Below, one piece after another: positions 20,182 to 30,003 of a DNA stretch of 64,000 bases. The stretch is from assembly GCA_965238225.1 (NCBI GenBank), contig OZ250183.1:672001-736000 (forward strand), in the 5' to 3' direction. The notes beneath the pieces are model-generated. The model did no database searches and had not been told where the DNA came from. It saw only the letters and a list, made by a program, of their open reading frames with translations. Position numbers and translations under genes: made by a program. The stretch comes from Gammaproteobacteria bacterium (lineage in GTDB: Bacteria > Pseudomonadota > Gammaproteobacteria > Eutrophobiales > Eutrophobiaceae). Numbering within the stretch: the stretch's first letter is position 1; every line of letters starts with the position of its first letter.

Positions 20182-22833
20182 ATGAAAAGTAGTTCCGATA
20201 TTCGCACTGCTTTCCTTGATTTTTTTCGTGATAAAGGTCATGAGATTGTTGCCAGTAGTTCTCTGGTTCCTAGAAATGATCCTACCTTGCTTTTTACAAA
20301 TTCCGGCATGGTTCAGTTCAAGGATGTTTTTCTCGGCATTGATAAACACCCATACAACAAAGCTGCGACTTCACAACGCTGTATTCGCGCTGGCGGTAAA
20401 CATAACGATCTTGAGAATGTAGGCTATACCGCACGTCACCACACCTTTTTTGAAATGTTAGGAAATTTCAGTTTTGGTGATTATTTCAAGCGTGATGCCA
20501 TTTTCTATGCTTGGGAGTTTTTAACAAAAAAGTTAGGCATTCCAGAAACACGTTTGTGGGTCACAGTGTTTGAAGGTGATGAAGAAACTACAGATATCTG
20601 GCTAAATGAAATAGGCATTGCAAAAGATCGTTTTAGTCTATGTGGTGAGAAAGATAATTTCTGGCAGATGGGAGATACAGGTCCCTGCGGTCCGTGTACT
20701 GAAATATTTTATGACCATGGTGAAGATATCCCGGGCAAACCGCCTGGCAGTCTAGCTACAGAAAGTGATCGTTATATCGAAATTTGGAACTTGGTATTTA
20801 CCCAGTATGATCGTGATGCAACAGGAAATCTTAAACCGATACCATTTCCCTCTGTGGATACAGGCATGGGACTCGAACGCATTACCGCAGTGATGCAGAA
20901 TGTGCATAATAATTATGAAATTGATTTATTTAAATCATTAATCGCATCAATAGAATCGCTTATTCCGCGTGATGTCAGTGAAGAAAAACGTAATCAAACA
21001 GTTTCCTTGCAGGTGATTGCTGATCATATTCGTGCCTCGGCATTTTTAATTGCAGATGGTGTCGTTCCTCATAATGAAGATCGTGGCTATGTATTACGCA
21101 GGATTATTCGACGTGCTGCAAGGCATGGGAACAAACTTGGGTTTACTGACCCATTCCTTTATAAACTGGTGCTGCCTTTGAGTGAATTAATGGGACAAGC
21201 CTACCCGGAACTGAATAAAGATTATGAGCAAATTGCTCAGGTAATTTTTCGAGAAGAACAACGCTTTGCGGATACTTTGGAACAAGGGTTAAAACATCTT
21301 CAGGATGCTTTCAAAGAGATGCAAGGTTCGGTCGTATCAGGTGATGTCGTATTCATGCTTCATGATACCTACGGATTTCCAGTTGATTTAACCGCTGACA
21401 TTGCCCGTGAAAGAGGTTTGTCTTTGGATTGTGTAGGATACAAAAGAGCCATGCAGAAGCAGCGTGAAAGAGCGCGTACAATCAACTTGTTTACTACTGA
21501 TCATGTATCTATGTCTGATAGTCTAAATATAAAATTTTTTAAAGGTGTTACTGAAACTAAATTTAATGGCTATGAATTAATGAGTCAGGAGGCAACTATT
21601 GAAGCCCTGTATCAGGATGGCAAAGCAGTCGATACTTTACAGGCTGGAGATTCAGCTGGAGTTATACTCAATGCAACTCCATTTTATGCGAGGTCTGGAG
21701 GTCAAGTTGGTGATACCGGATCTTTATTCTCAAAAGGCATGCTATTTGAAGTTAACGATACACAAAAACAAGGATTGGCATATGTGCATTTGGGGGTTCT
21801 GCAAGAAGGTACAATGAAAGTGGGGCAGTCAATCAATTGTCAAATTGATGAAAAACGACGATTACATATTACACGCAATCACTCCGCCACGCATTTACTG
21901 CATGCTGCTTTGAGAAAAGTGCTTGGTGAACACGTGAAACAGAAGGGCTCTTTGGTTAATGCTGATAGGTTACGGTTTGATTTTTCACACAGCGAACCAG
22001 TGACTGCAGATGAGTTATCGCAAATTGAGTTTATGGTCAATCATCAAATTTTTGCAAATGAGCAAACGCAAATAGAGGTGATGACACTTGAAGATGCCAA
22101 GGAGTCTGGCGCCATGTTTTTGTTTGGTGAAAAATATGACGAGACAGTGCGCGTATTAAAAATCGGCGGCGAATTTTCAGTTGAATTATGTGGCGGTACA
22201 CATGTAAATAGTGCTGGAGATATTGGCATCATGAAGATTGTATCCGAGTCTGCCGTTGCTGCTTGTGTGCGTCGGCTAGAAGCAGTGACGGGTCTTAGTG
22301 CTTTAAATTGGATTAAAGATAGTGAACAGAAACTAAATGAGCTAACGAGATTGCTTAAGGCAAACCGTACTTCGGTGGTTTCACGCACGGAACAACAGAT
22401 TGCACAGATGCGTGATATGGACAGAACACTGCAAACACTAAAGATAAAACAAGCCAAAAATACTGGTGACGATATAGCAGCAGAAGCAGAAGATATTGAG
22501 GGCATTAAAGTAGGTGCAGGGGTGATTGAAGACGCTGATGCGAATGCACTTAGAGAAACAGTAGATCAATTGAAAAATAAATTGGGAACAGCAGTATTAG
22601 TGCTGGCCTCAGTAGAGGACGATAAAATTACCCTCATTGCAGGCGTTACTAAAGATGTTACCAATAAGATAAAGGCAGGAGATTTGGTTAATTTTGTTGC
22701 GCAGCAAGTAGGTGGAAAAGGCGGGGGGCGAGCAGATATGGCACAGGCAGGAGGAAATAACCCGACCAAGTTAAATCAAGCGCTCGAAAACATCACAGAT
22801 TGGGTGCGAGAAAAGCTTAAAACCCAAGCCTGA
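20182..22833 (+). CDS. alaS: Alanine--tRNA ligase
   Basis: HHTFFEMLGNFSFGDYFK, HSATHLLH, ELCGGTH and GGKGGG motifs. Confidence 0.98.
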   Translation: MKSSSDIRTAFLDFFRDKGHEIVASSSLVPRNDPTLLFTNSGMVQFKDVFLGIDKHPYNKAATSQRCIRAGGKHNDLENVGYTARHHTFFEMLGNFSFGDYFKRDAIFYAWEFLTKKLGIPETRLWVTVFEGDEETTDIWLNEIGIAKDRFSLCGEKDNFWQMGDTGPCGPCTEIFYDHGEDIPGKPPGSLATESDRYIEIWNLVFTQYDRDATGNLKPIPFPSVDTGMGLERITAVMQNVHNNYEIDLFKSLIASIESLIPRDVSEEKRNQTVSLQVIADHIRASAFLIADGVVPHNEDRGYVLRRIIRRAARHGNKLGFTDPFLYKLVLPLSELMGQAYPELNKDYEQIAQVIFREEQRFADTLEQGLKHLQDAFKEMQGSVVSGDVVFMLHDTYGFPVDLTADIARERGLSLDCVGYKRAMQKQRERARTINLFTTDHVSMSDSLNIKFFKGVTETKFNGYELMSQEATIEALYQDGKAVDTLQAGDSAGVILNATPFYARSGGQVGDTGSLFSKGMLFEVNDTQKQGLAYVHLGVLQEGTMKVGQSINCQIDEKRRLHITRNHSATHLLHAALRKVLGEHVKQKGSLVNADRLRFDFSHSEPVTADELSQIEFMVNHQIFANEQTQIEVMTLEDAKESGAMFLFGEKYDETVRVLKIGGEFSVELCGGTHVNSAGDIGIMKIVSESAVAACVRRLEAVTGLSALNWIKDSEQKLNELTRLLKANRTSVVSRTEQQIAQMRDMDRTLQTLKIKQAKNTGDDIAAEAEDIEGIKVGAGVIEDADANALRETVDQLKNKLGTAVLVLASVEDDKITLIAGVTKDVTNKIKAGDLVNFVAQQVGGKGGGRADMAQAGGNNPTKLNQALENITDWVREKLKTQA

Positions 22834-23053
22834 TTCAAATTTGAACCTGATTCAAATAATTAACAATTCACAAATAAACATCAATTCATATACAATAGCC
22901 TAAGCAATATTAAGATTAAACCTTAGGGATAGTTTAAGGGACGGGATTCTCAGCCATGCTGTTTGCCTTAGAATTCTTCAGTTAAAACTTCAATCCTTCT
23001 AAGAACCACACTATATACCTCTTTGATAGAGTATACTTATTGGCAAGGAAAAT

Positions 23054-24286
23054 ATGGCGCTATTAGTACAGAAATTTGGCGGAACCTCTGTTGGTAGCAT
23101 TGGGCGCATACAGGCTGTTGCCGAGAAGATTGCTAGAGTCCGCGCTGAGGGGCATGATGTTGTGGTGGTGGCTTCGGCCATGAGTGGAGAGACAAATCGT
23201 CTGTTAGAATTGGCACAAGAGATTTCAAAACAGCCAAATTCCAGAGAGATGGATGTGCTGTTATCTACTGGTGAGCAGGTGACTATTGCCCTTTTAACTA
23301 TGGCGCTTGAAGAACAAAACTGTAAAGCGTGTTCATTCACTGGTGCCCAAGTTCGTATTTATACGGACAGCGTTCATTGCAAGGCAAGAATTATTAATAT
23401 TGATTCTGCCAGAGTAAAGAAAGGACTCAAGGCGGGAAAAGTTATTGTGATTGCTGGTTTTCAAGGCACAGATGAGCGCGGGAACATCACCACGCTTGGC
23501 AGAGGAGGTTCGGATACTACTGCGGTGGCGATGGCTGTAGCCTTAAAGGCAGATGAATGTCATATTTTTACAGATGTGGATGGTGTTTATACTGCCGATC
23601 CACGTATTGAGCCTAAGGCACGACGTTTGGATGTCATCACTTATGAGGAGATGATGGAAATGGCAAGCTTGGGTTCGAAAATACTACAAATACGCTCAGT
23701 GGAGTTTGCCGGAAAATATAATGTGCAGCTTCGGATTTTATCCTCATTTGAGGATGGGGATGGAACGCTGATTGCAAAAGAGAGGAAAGATATGGAACAA
23801 GCATTCATTTCAGGAATTGCGCATAACAAAGATGAAGCGAAATTAACAATGGTCGGTGTGCCAGATCAACCCGGGGTTGCATACCAGATTTTAGAGCCAA
23901 TCGCAGATGCCAATATTGAGGTCGATATGATTGTGCAAAATGTCGGCATCAATAATACAACCGATTTTACTTTTACTGTCAACAGGAGTGATTTTGATCA
24001 AGCGCTGTCTATTTTGAACAATACGGCTGGTGAATTGAATGCCTCTGATGTGAAAAGCGATGATCGTATCGCAAAGATTTCTGTTGTAGGTGTTGGTATG
24101 CGTTCTCATGCAGGCATCGCCAGTAAGATGTTTAATGCCTTATCTAAGGAAGGTATTAATATAAAAATGATTTCTACATCAGAGATAAAAATATCTGTCG
24201 TTGTTGATGAGAAATACATGGAGTTGGGTGTAAGGACCCTGCATTCAGAATTTAATTTGGGAGATAGTGCGGCCTCGGTAGGCTAG
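23054..24286 (+). CDS. lysC: Aspartate kinase
   Basis: VQKFGGTSV and TLGRGGSDTTA; two ACT domains. Confidence 0.95.
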   Translation: MALLVQKFGGTSVGSIGRIQAVAEKIARVRAEGHDVVVVASAMSGETNRLLELAQEISKQPNSREMDVLLSTGEQVTIALLTMALEEQNCKACSFTGAQVRIYTDSVHCKARIINIDSARVKKGLKAGKVIVIAGFQGTDERGNITTLGRGGSDTTAVAMAVALKADECHIFTDVDGVYTADPRIEPKARRLDVITYEEMMEMASLGSKILQIRSVEFAGKYNVQLRILSSFEDGDGTLIAKERKDMEQAFISGIAHNKDEAKLTMVGVPDQPGVAYQILEPIADANIEVDMIVQNVGINNTTDFTFTVNRSDFDQALSILNNTAGELNASDVKSDDRIAKISVVGVGMRSHAGIASKMFNALSKEGINIKMISTSEIKISVVVDEKYMELGVRTLHSEFNLGDSAASVG

Positions 24287-24366
24287 GGTATTGTTGGTTC
24301 AAGGCTAGGCTTGAAAATAGACTTAAAGTTAAATTGGTTCAATAAGGAAGTTACAGGGAGAAGCAG

Positions 24367-24564
24367 ATGTTAATATTGACGCGTAAAGTAGGTGAGTCAC
24401 TGATGATAGGTGATGAGGTTATTGTCACCGTTTTGGGAATCAAAGGCAATCAGGCTCGTATCGGTGTGAATGCACCTAAAGAAATTGCTGTTCATCGTGA
24501 AGAAATTTACGATCGAATTCAGCATGAGGGCAATAATAGTCAAGCGGATAACGAAGACTATTAG
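24367..24564 (+). CDS. csrA: Carbon storage regulator CsrA
   Basis: [16 protein letters not shown]...VHREEIY. Confidence 0.97.
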   Translation: MLILTRKVGESLMIGDEVIVTVLGIKGNQARIGVNAPKEIAVHREEIYDRIQHEGNNSQADNEDY

Positions 24565-24604
24565 TATTCGATAGCAAATCAGATATGTATCAATATACTT
24601 ACAC

Positions 24605-24695
24605 GGAGAGGTGGCCGAGCGGCTGAAGGCGCTCCCCTGCTAAGGGAGTATGGGTCAAAAGCCCATCGAGGGTTCGAATCCCTCTCTCTCCGCCA
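24605..24695 (+). tRNA. tRNA-Ser(GCT)
   Basis: Cloverleaf with long variable arm; anticodon arm CTCCC-CTGCTAA-GGGAG; GGTTCGAATCC; CCA end; typical position after csrA. Confidence 0.95.
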
Positions 24696-24732
24696 TTTGA
24701 TTAGCACAAAAACGCACCTGCCACGCAAACAT

Positions 24733-24809
24733 GCGCCCGTAGCTCAGCTGGATAGAGTGCCTGGCTACGAACCAGGAGGTCGGGAGTTCGAATCTCTCCG
24801 GGCGCGCCA
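24733..24809 (+). tRNA. tRNA-Arg(ACG)
   Basis: GCGCCCGTAGCTCAGCTGGATAGAG..., anticodon arm CCTGG-CTACGAA-CCAGG, GTTCGAATC, CCA end. Confidence 0.95.
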
Positions 24810-24827
24810 ACTCCCATCTTGTACTCC

Positions 24828-25562
24828 TTAATATGTAAATAGCGCCTTACTATCCTTGTAGTTTGTTTCAAACCGCTTCTGTCCATTTTCATCCCACCGA
24901 GTAGACAGTCCATCTTTCTTCCCATCCTTGTAGTTTCCTTCAATCTGCTTCTGTCCATTTTCATGCCACCCAGTAAACAGTCCATCTTCCTTGCCATCCT
25001 TATAGTTTCCTTCAGCCTGCTTCTGTCCATTTTCATCCCAAGTAGTAAGCAGTCCATCTTGCTTGCCATCCTTATAGTTTATTTCAGTCTGCTTCTGTCC
25101 ATTTTCATACCAAGCAGTAAGCAGTCCATCTTGCTTGCCATCCTTATAGTTTCCTTCAACCTGCTTCTGTCCATTTTCATACCAACCAGTAAGCAGTCCA
25201 TCTTGCTTGCCATCCTTATAGTTTCCTTCAGCCTGCTTCTGTCCATTTTCATACCACTCAGTAGTTAGTCCATCTTCCTTGCCATCCTTAAGGTTTATTT
25301 CAGTCTGCTTCTGTCCATTTTCATCCCACCGAGTAAGCAGTCCATCTTTCTTGCCATCCTTATAGTTTATTTCAGCCTGCTTCTGTCCACTAGAATATTT
25401 TCTAGTTACTTTTCCGGTGTAGGGCTGTTCACTATTTACTTCATAATAAACACCATTACGATTCTGTAACTGCTGTGTATCAATTGTCTTCCCATGAGCT
25501 ACTGTATTTTTACAAGCTATGAGAATGATGAACGATATGAATAATATTTTTGTTTTGTTCAT
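24828..25562 (-). CDS. MORN_2/YwqK-type repeat lipoprotein (about 8 x 24-aa repeats), cassette 1
   Basis: Signal peptide with LIAC lipobox; repeats of W[HYD]ENGQKxxExNYKDGKxDGLxTx. Confidence 0.85.
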   Translation of the reverse strand: MNKTKILFISFIILIACKNTVAHGKTIDTQQLQNRNGVYYEVNSEQPYTGKVTRKYSSGQKQAEINYKDGKKDGLLTRWDENGQKQTEINLKDGKEDGLTTEWYENGQKQAEGNYKDGKQDGLLTGWYENGQKQVEGNYKDGKQDGLLTAWYENGQKQTEINYKDGKQDGLLTTWDENGQKQAEGNYKDGKEDGLFTGWHENGQKQIEGNYKDGKKDGLSTRWDENGQKRFETNYKDSKALFTY

Positions 25563-25664
25563 CGAAATGATTCCTAAATTATTGTGTAAAAGCGTAGCTT
25601 ATTTGTAACCATTCTATTCTTTTGCTTCATTAATTGATACTAATATTAGCTATTGCGAGCGTTG

Positions 25665-25677
25665 CAAGTTATTGATT
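25665..25677 (-). promoter_or_regulatory. IHF consensus site next to the att core of cassette 1
   Basis: Reverse complement AATCAATAACTTG matches WATCAANNNNTTR; a one-mismatch copy lies at 27522-27534 in cassette 2. Confidence 0.5.
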
Positions 25678-25706
25678 TACTTTGATATTATATATTTAAT
25701 ACTAGC

Positions 25707-25751
25707 CTACGAACCAGGAGGTCGGGAGTTCGAATCTCTCCGGGCGCGCCA
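25707..25751 (+). repeat. tRNA-Arg 3' half (att core copy 2)
   Basis: Identical to 24765-24809; starts exactly at the anticodon loop CTACGAA. Confidence 0.95.
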
Positions 25752-25769
25752 ATTCCCATCTTGTACTCC

Positions 25770-27417
25770 TTAATATGTAAATAGCGCCTTACCATCCTTG
25801 TAGTTTTCTTCAGACCACTTCTGTCCATTTTCATACCACAAAGTAGTTAAACCATCTTTCTTCCCATCCTTGTAGTTTATTTCAAACCGCTTCTGTCCAT
25901 TTTCATGCCACCAAGTAGCCAGCCCATCTTGCTTCCCATCCTTGTAGTTTTCTTGAGCCTGCTTCTGTCCATTTTCATGCCAGTCAGCAGTTAAACCATC
26001 TTTCTTCCCATCCTTATAGTTTCCTTCAGTCTGCTTCTGTCCATATTTATCCCACCAAATCCTGAAGTTTCCTTGAGCCTTTTTCAGTCCATTTTCATGC
26101 CACCCAGTAGTTAACCCATCTTGCATACCATCCTTGAAGTTTATTTCACCCTCCTTCTGTCCATTTTCATCCCAATAAGTAGACAGTCCATCTTGCTTCC
26201 CATCCTTGTAGTTTGCTTCATCCTTCTTCTGTCCATTTTCATGCCACGAAGTAGTTAAACCATCTTCCTTCCCATCCTTGTAGTTTGTTTCAGACCGCTT
26301 CTGTCCATTTTCATGCCACAAAGTAGTTAAACCATCTTTCTTCCCATCCTTATAGTTTCCTTCAGCCTCCTTCTGTCCATTTTCATGCCACAAAGTAGTT
26401 AAACCATCTTCCTTCCCATCCTTGTAGTTTGTTTCAGACCACTTCTGTCCATTTTCATCCACAAAGTAGTTAACACCATCTTGCTTCCCATCCTTGTAGT
26501 TTGTTTCAGACCACTTCTGTCCATTTTCATGCCACCAAGTAGTTAAACCATCTTTCTTCCCATCCTTGTAGTTCATTTCAGCCTGCTTCTGTCCATTTTC
26601 ATGCCACGAAGTAGTTAAACCATCTTGCTTCCCATCCTTGTAGTTTCTTTCAAACCGCTTCTGTCCATTTTCATGCCACCCAGTAGTTAACCCATCTTGC
26701 ATACCATCCTTGTAGTTCATTTCACCCTCCTTCTGTCCATTTTCATGCCACCAAGTAGACAGTCCATCTTTCTTGCCATCCTTATAGTTTTTTTCAGCCT
26801 CCTTCTGTCCATTTTCATGCCACCCAGTAGTTAACCCATCTTGCATACCATCCTTGTAGTTCATTTCACCCTCCTTCTGTCCATTTTCATACCAAGCAGT
26901 AGCCAGCCCATCTTCCTTACCATCCTTGTAGTTTCATTTCAGACCGCTTCTGTCCATTTTCATGCCACAAAGTAGTTAAACCATCTTTCTTCCCATCCTT
27001 GTAGTTCATTTCACCCTGCTTCTGTCCATTTTCATACCAAGCAGTAGCCAGCCCATCTTCCTTACCATCCTTGTAGTTTCCTTCAGACCGCTTCTGTCCA
27101 TTTTCATGCCACGAAGTAGTTAAACCATCTTCCTTCCCATCCTTGTAGTTCATTTCACCCTCCTTCTGTCCATTTTCATGCCACAAAGTAGTTAAACCAT
27201 CTTCCTTCCCATCCTTGTAGTTTGTTTCAGCCTGCTTCTGTCCACTAGAATATTTTCTAGTTGCTTTTCCGGTGTAGGGCTGTTCACTATTTACTTCATA
27301 ATAAACACCATTACGATTCTGTAACTGCTGTGTATCAATTGTCTTCCCATGATCTACTGTATTTTTACAAGCTATGAGAATGATGAACGATATGAATAAT
27401 ATTTTTGTTTTGTTCAT
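25770..27417 (-). pseudogene. MORN_2/YwqK-type repeat lipoprotein (about 20 repeats), cassette 2, split by a +1 frameshift near 26932
   Basis: ORFs 26917-27444 and 25770-26864 join if the extra T in GTTTCAT (26931-26937; other repeats read GTTCAT) is removed; N- and C-termini nearly identical to the cassette 1 gene. Confidence 0.75.
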
Positions 27418-27563
27418 TGAAATGATTCCTAAATTATTGTGCAAAAGCGTAATTTAATTTGTAAACAATTCTATTATTTTACTTCACTAATCTCTACTGA
27501 TATTAGTTATTGCGAGCGTTGCAAGTTATTGGTTTATTTTGATACTGAATACTCAGTACCAAC

Positions 27564-27608
27564 CTACGAACCAGGAGGTCGGGAGTTCGAATCTCTCCGG
27601 GCGCGCCA
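27564..27608 (+). repeat. tRNA-Arg 3' half (att core copy 3)
   Basis: Identical to 24765-24809. Confidence 0.95.
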
Positions 27609-28028
27609 ACTCCCATAAGGATTAGAACAATTTGACTTTAGTTCGCACAAGACTCCGTAGCCTAACGTAGCTATCTACGGTTTATGATAAGCTAAAATAG
27701 GCTGATTAAATCGATAAGTTTGCCAATTTGGAGTTGAGCCAGTAAATACAGGGAAGAAATCACCGATGTCTGTTATTTATTACCCACCGAAAAATAGAGA
27801 GCCACTTGTCCTCGTTATCGGAAAACGGTATTTACCAATAGTGATATGTTGCAATACAAGAATTTTCATATAGTTTTAGTCTGTAATATTTAAGATGAAA
27901 AACAAGTGTAAATTTAAGTCTCTAAATAGATATAAGATTTTTTATAGTTAGATTACGGCTAGACTAGGCGGTGAGACTAACTGTATATTTTCAGGTGAAG
28001 ATTTTAATCTTCAATGCAGAGCCGAGCT

Positions 28029-28309
28029 ATGTCCAATAATGTTGAACTTAAATACCCTAATGAAAAGCTAAGCAAATTAGCAGATACCGTTTTGGATGAT
28101 GGGGATAAGCAACTGGGAATAGCAGTTGGTTCGCAGATTCGTACGTTTCGAGCACAGTTTTAAAGATGACAGTAGGCGAAGTTGCCAAGCAAGTTGGCTT
28201 GTCCCAAGGCATGTTGTTAAAGATTAAACGAGGCGTAACAGCACCATCTTTGGGAACGCTTTATGCTTTGGCTCGGGCATTACACGCATGGCAACAGAAA
28301 GTTCCGTGA
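28029..28309 (+). pseudogene. XRE-family HTH regulator remnant (frameshifted and truncated)
   Basis: ...LGIAVGSQIRTFRAQF* (TAA 28161), then in a shifted frame MTVGEVAKQVGLSQGMLLKIKRGVTAPSLGTLYALARALH, an XRE HTH pattern. Confidence 0.65.
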
Positions 28310-28469
28310 CAACTTTTGCCTCCCACCCATTTTCGACAGGGGAAATCTTTCCTGCTCGTGATTGGGTTTTGGACTGCATTTTAGGATTTTTCTGAAAAGA
28401 CTGTTAATTTGAGTATTTTTTATGGTATGGTGCGCGCCTAATAATATTTAAAATTGGAGATTGGGCGTT

Positions 28470-29261
28470 ATGAATGTTGTGAGAAAGATTAAAATGATAT
28501 TTTTGACTGGGTTAATGTTTTTAGGCGGCATGATAGGCATGGCAAATGTCTCAGCTGAAGAAGGTAACCCTTTTGCCGCAGAAAATTTTAGTGCAACGAT
28601 GACATTTACCACAGATTATACTTTTCGTGGTACTACGTTCAGTGATAGAGACCCAGCGCTTCAGGGCAGTTTCGATTGGGGCTATGGTTCATTCTTTGCT
28701 GGGGCTTGGGGCAGTAGCACTAACGCAACTGATGATAATATGGTAGGTGGTACGCTCGAGGTTGATTTCTATGTCGGCTGGGCTGATGCTGTCGGTGGTT
28801 TTGATTTAATGGTTATGCCCTTGCTTTATGTTTTCCCTGGTCAAAATGGTTCTGGTGCTCGAGACGATACTACCTTTGAGTTGTGGACTTCCGTTGGTCG
28901 TAGCCTTGAAGGCATGCTTGGTTCGCCTTATGTTAATGTTGCGGTTAACTGGTCTCCGGATTACTTTGATCATGTTACTTATCCTGATGGTGGTAGTGCC
29001 TTATATATAAAACCTTCTGTTTCCTTTGCCTTAGCTGAAAATTTTGGAGTAGATTTTGCCTATGGCTATCAGGATGTTGGCGGTCTAGGAGCCAACGACT
29101 TCTTTTCAGACGATTATGCGCATATTGAAATAGGTGTGACTAGCTCATTGTTAGGTTTTGGTCTTGATCTTCGCTATCATAACAACCTCGATGAAAATGT
29201 GATTGGTCAAGGTTTTGCTTTGGGTGACAAAGTCGTATTCTCGATATCACGTAGTTTCTAA
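28470..29261 (+). CDS. TorF/Gcw_chp-family putative outer-membrane porin
   Basis: Signal peptide; TDYTFRG..SD.DPALQGSFD; LEVDFYVGW; C-terminal VFSISRSF. Confidence 0.8.
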   Translation: MNVVRKIKMIFLTGLMFLGGMIGMANVSAEEGNPFAAENFSATMTFTTDYTFRGTTFSDRDPALQGSFDWGYGSFFAGAWGSSTNATDDNMVGGTLEVDFYVGWADAVGGFDLMVMPLLYVFPGQNGSGARDDTTFELWTSVGRSLEGMLGSPYVNVAVNWSPDYFDHVTYPDGGSALYIKPSVSFALAENFGVDFAYGYQDVGGLGANDFFSDDYAHIEIGVTSSLLGFGLDLRYHNNLDENVIGQGFALGDKVVFSISRSF

Positions 29262-29270
29262 TTGTTTTTG

Positions 29271-29299
29271 AAAAGACGCAGGACGCAGGTCGTTTTTTT
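29271..29299 (+). terminator. Probable intrinsic terminator
   Basis: AAAAGACG...CGTTTTTTT just after the porin stop codon. Confidence 0.4.
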
Positions 29300-29802
29300 A
29301 TAAGATAAACCATCAGTAGAGCCAAATATTTGGGGTTCGAACTCTCCCTGTTATCTTGGATACCTGCCAACATAACTTGGTCGTGTGCGCCAGTAATCCA
29401 TTAAGCAGATCAATTTTCGCACAACAAACAACCTACTCTAAACATCTTTACAATTACAAGGCAACCTTCGAAACTGAACGATTAAATCCTATGTCAATTG
29501 TAGCAGTGTATCGTTTTCATGTTAAAGGCAAAGCGAGCATAAAAAATGAATAAGCTACTCATCACAGCCTTAATCTGGATGTATTCATTTTCTACATCAG
29601 CCCATCAACCGCGTTACGGGGATGGTATCGCCGTGGGTTTGTCTATATTACCCAACATCTTTTTTAGCTAGAGGGCTTTAAGTTGTGATAAGGCATTGAT
29701 GTGAATCATTTTTTAATTAAATTTTCAGCATATATTAGCTTGATATTAGCGCATACATAGGGTTTATGTAATTAAATTAAGGCTGAATCTGGAAGGTGAG
29801 AA

Positions 29803-30003
29803 ATGACCGCTTGGGAACAAGTTTTATTAGGCATTGGTGGGCTGTTAGTACTGTTATTTTTCTGGCCTGGTGTCAAAGCTGCTATGGAAAAGAGCAAACA
29901 GGCAGAAAATCCGGATTGGAGTGGCGCATTCATACCAATAGCTGTTGTTGTGATATTCGTTGTTTTATTAGTTATGATTGCACGATCATGCAATAAACTA
30001 TAG
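29803..30003 (+). CDS. Small two-TM membrane protein
   Basis: GGAAGGTGAG RBS; two hydrophobic segments. Confidence 0.6.
   Translation: MTAWEQVLLGIGGLLVLLFFWPGVKAAMEKSKQAENPDWSGAFIPIAVVVIFVVLLVMIARSCNKL

Larger units (their letters stand above)
24765..27608. mobile_element. Tandem array of two integrase-free single-gene cassettes integrated at tRNA-Arg(ACG)
   Basis: Three identical 45-bp copies of the tRNA 3' half (24765-24809, 25707-25751, 27564-27608) delimit two paralogous units of 942 and 1857 bp. Confidence 0.75.

Noticed and set aside
22834-23053. Lysine riboswitch upstream of lysC
   Set aside because: I could not find the conserved AGAGGUGC/P1 core or a terminator arrangement.
16393-24809. 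Functional link between tadA, its substrate tRNA-Arg(ACG) and the nearby Schlafen-domain gene
   Set aside because: guaA-tadA and csrA-tRNA neighbourhoods are ordinary conserved synteny; proximity alone is not evidence.
24701-25268. ORFs 24701-25069 (-) and 24963-25268 (+) with repetitive peptides
   Set aside because: They are alternative-frame or antisense shadows of the MORN repeat gene; one also runs through the tRNA.
24840-27250. Regular repeat-spacer look suggesting a CRISPR array
   Set aside because: The period is 72 nt and in frame, the variable parts recur and encode MORN-type repeats, and there are no cas genes.
24828-27417. Diversity-generating retroelement (template/variable repeat pair)
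   Set aside because: There is no reverse transcriptase in the window, and differences between repeats are not confined to adenines.
25707-27608. Additional tRNA-Arg genes
   Set aside because: Both copies lack the 5' acceptor strand, D-arm and 5' anticodon stem; they are att-type fragments.
29356-29671. ORF 29356-29553 and a 41-aa signal-peptide-like ORF at 29546-29671
   Set aside because: No recognisable family or clear RBS; possibly decayed fragments, but not supportable as features.
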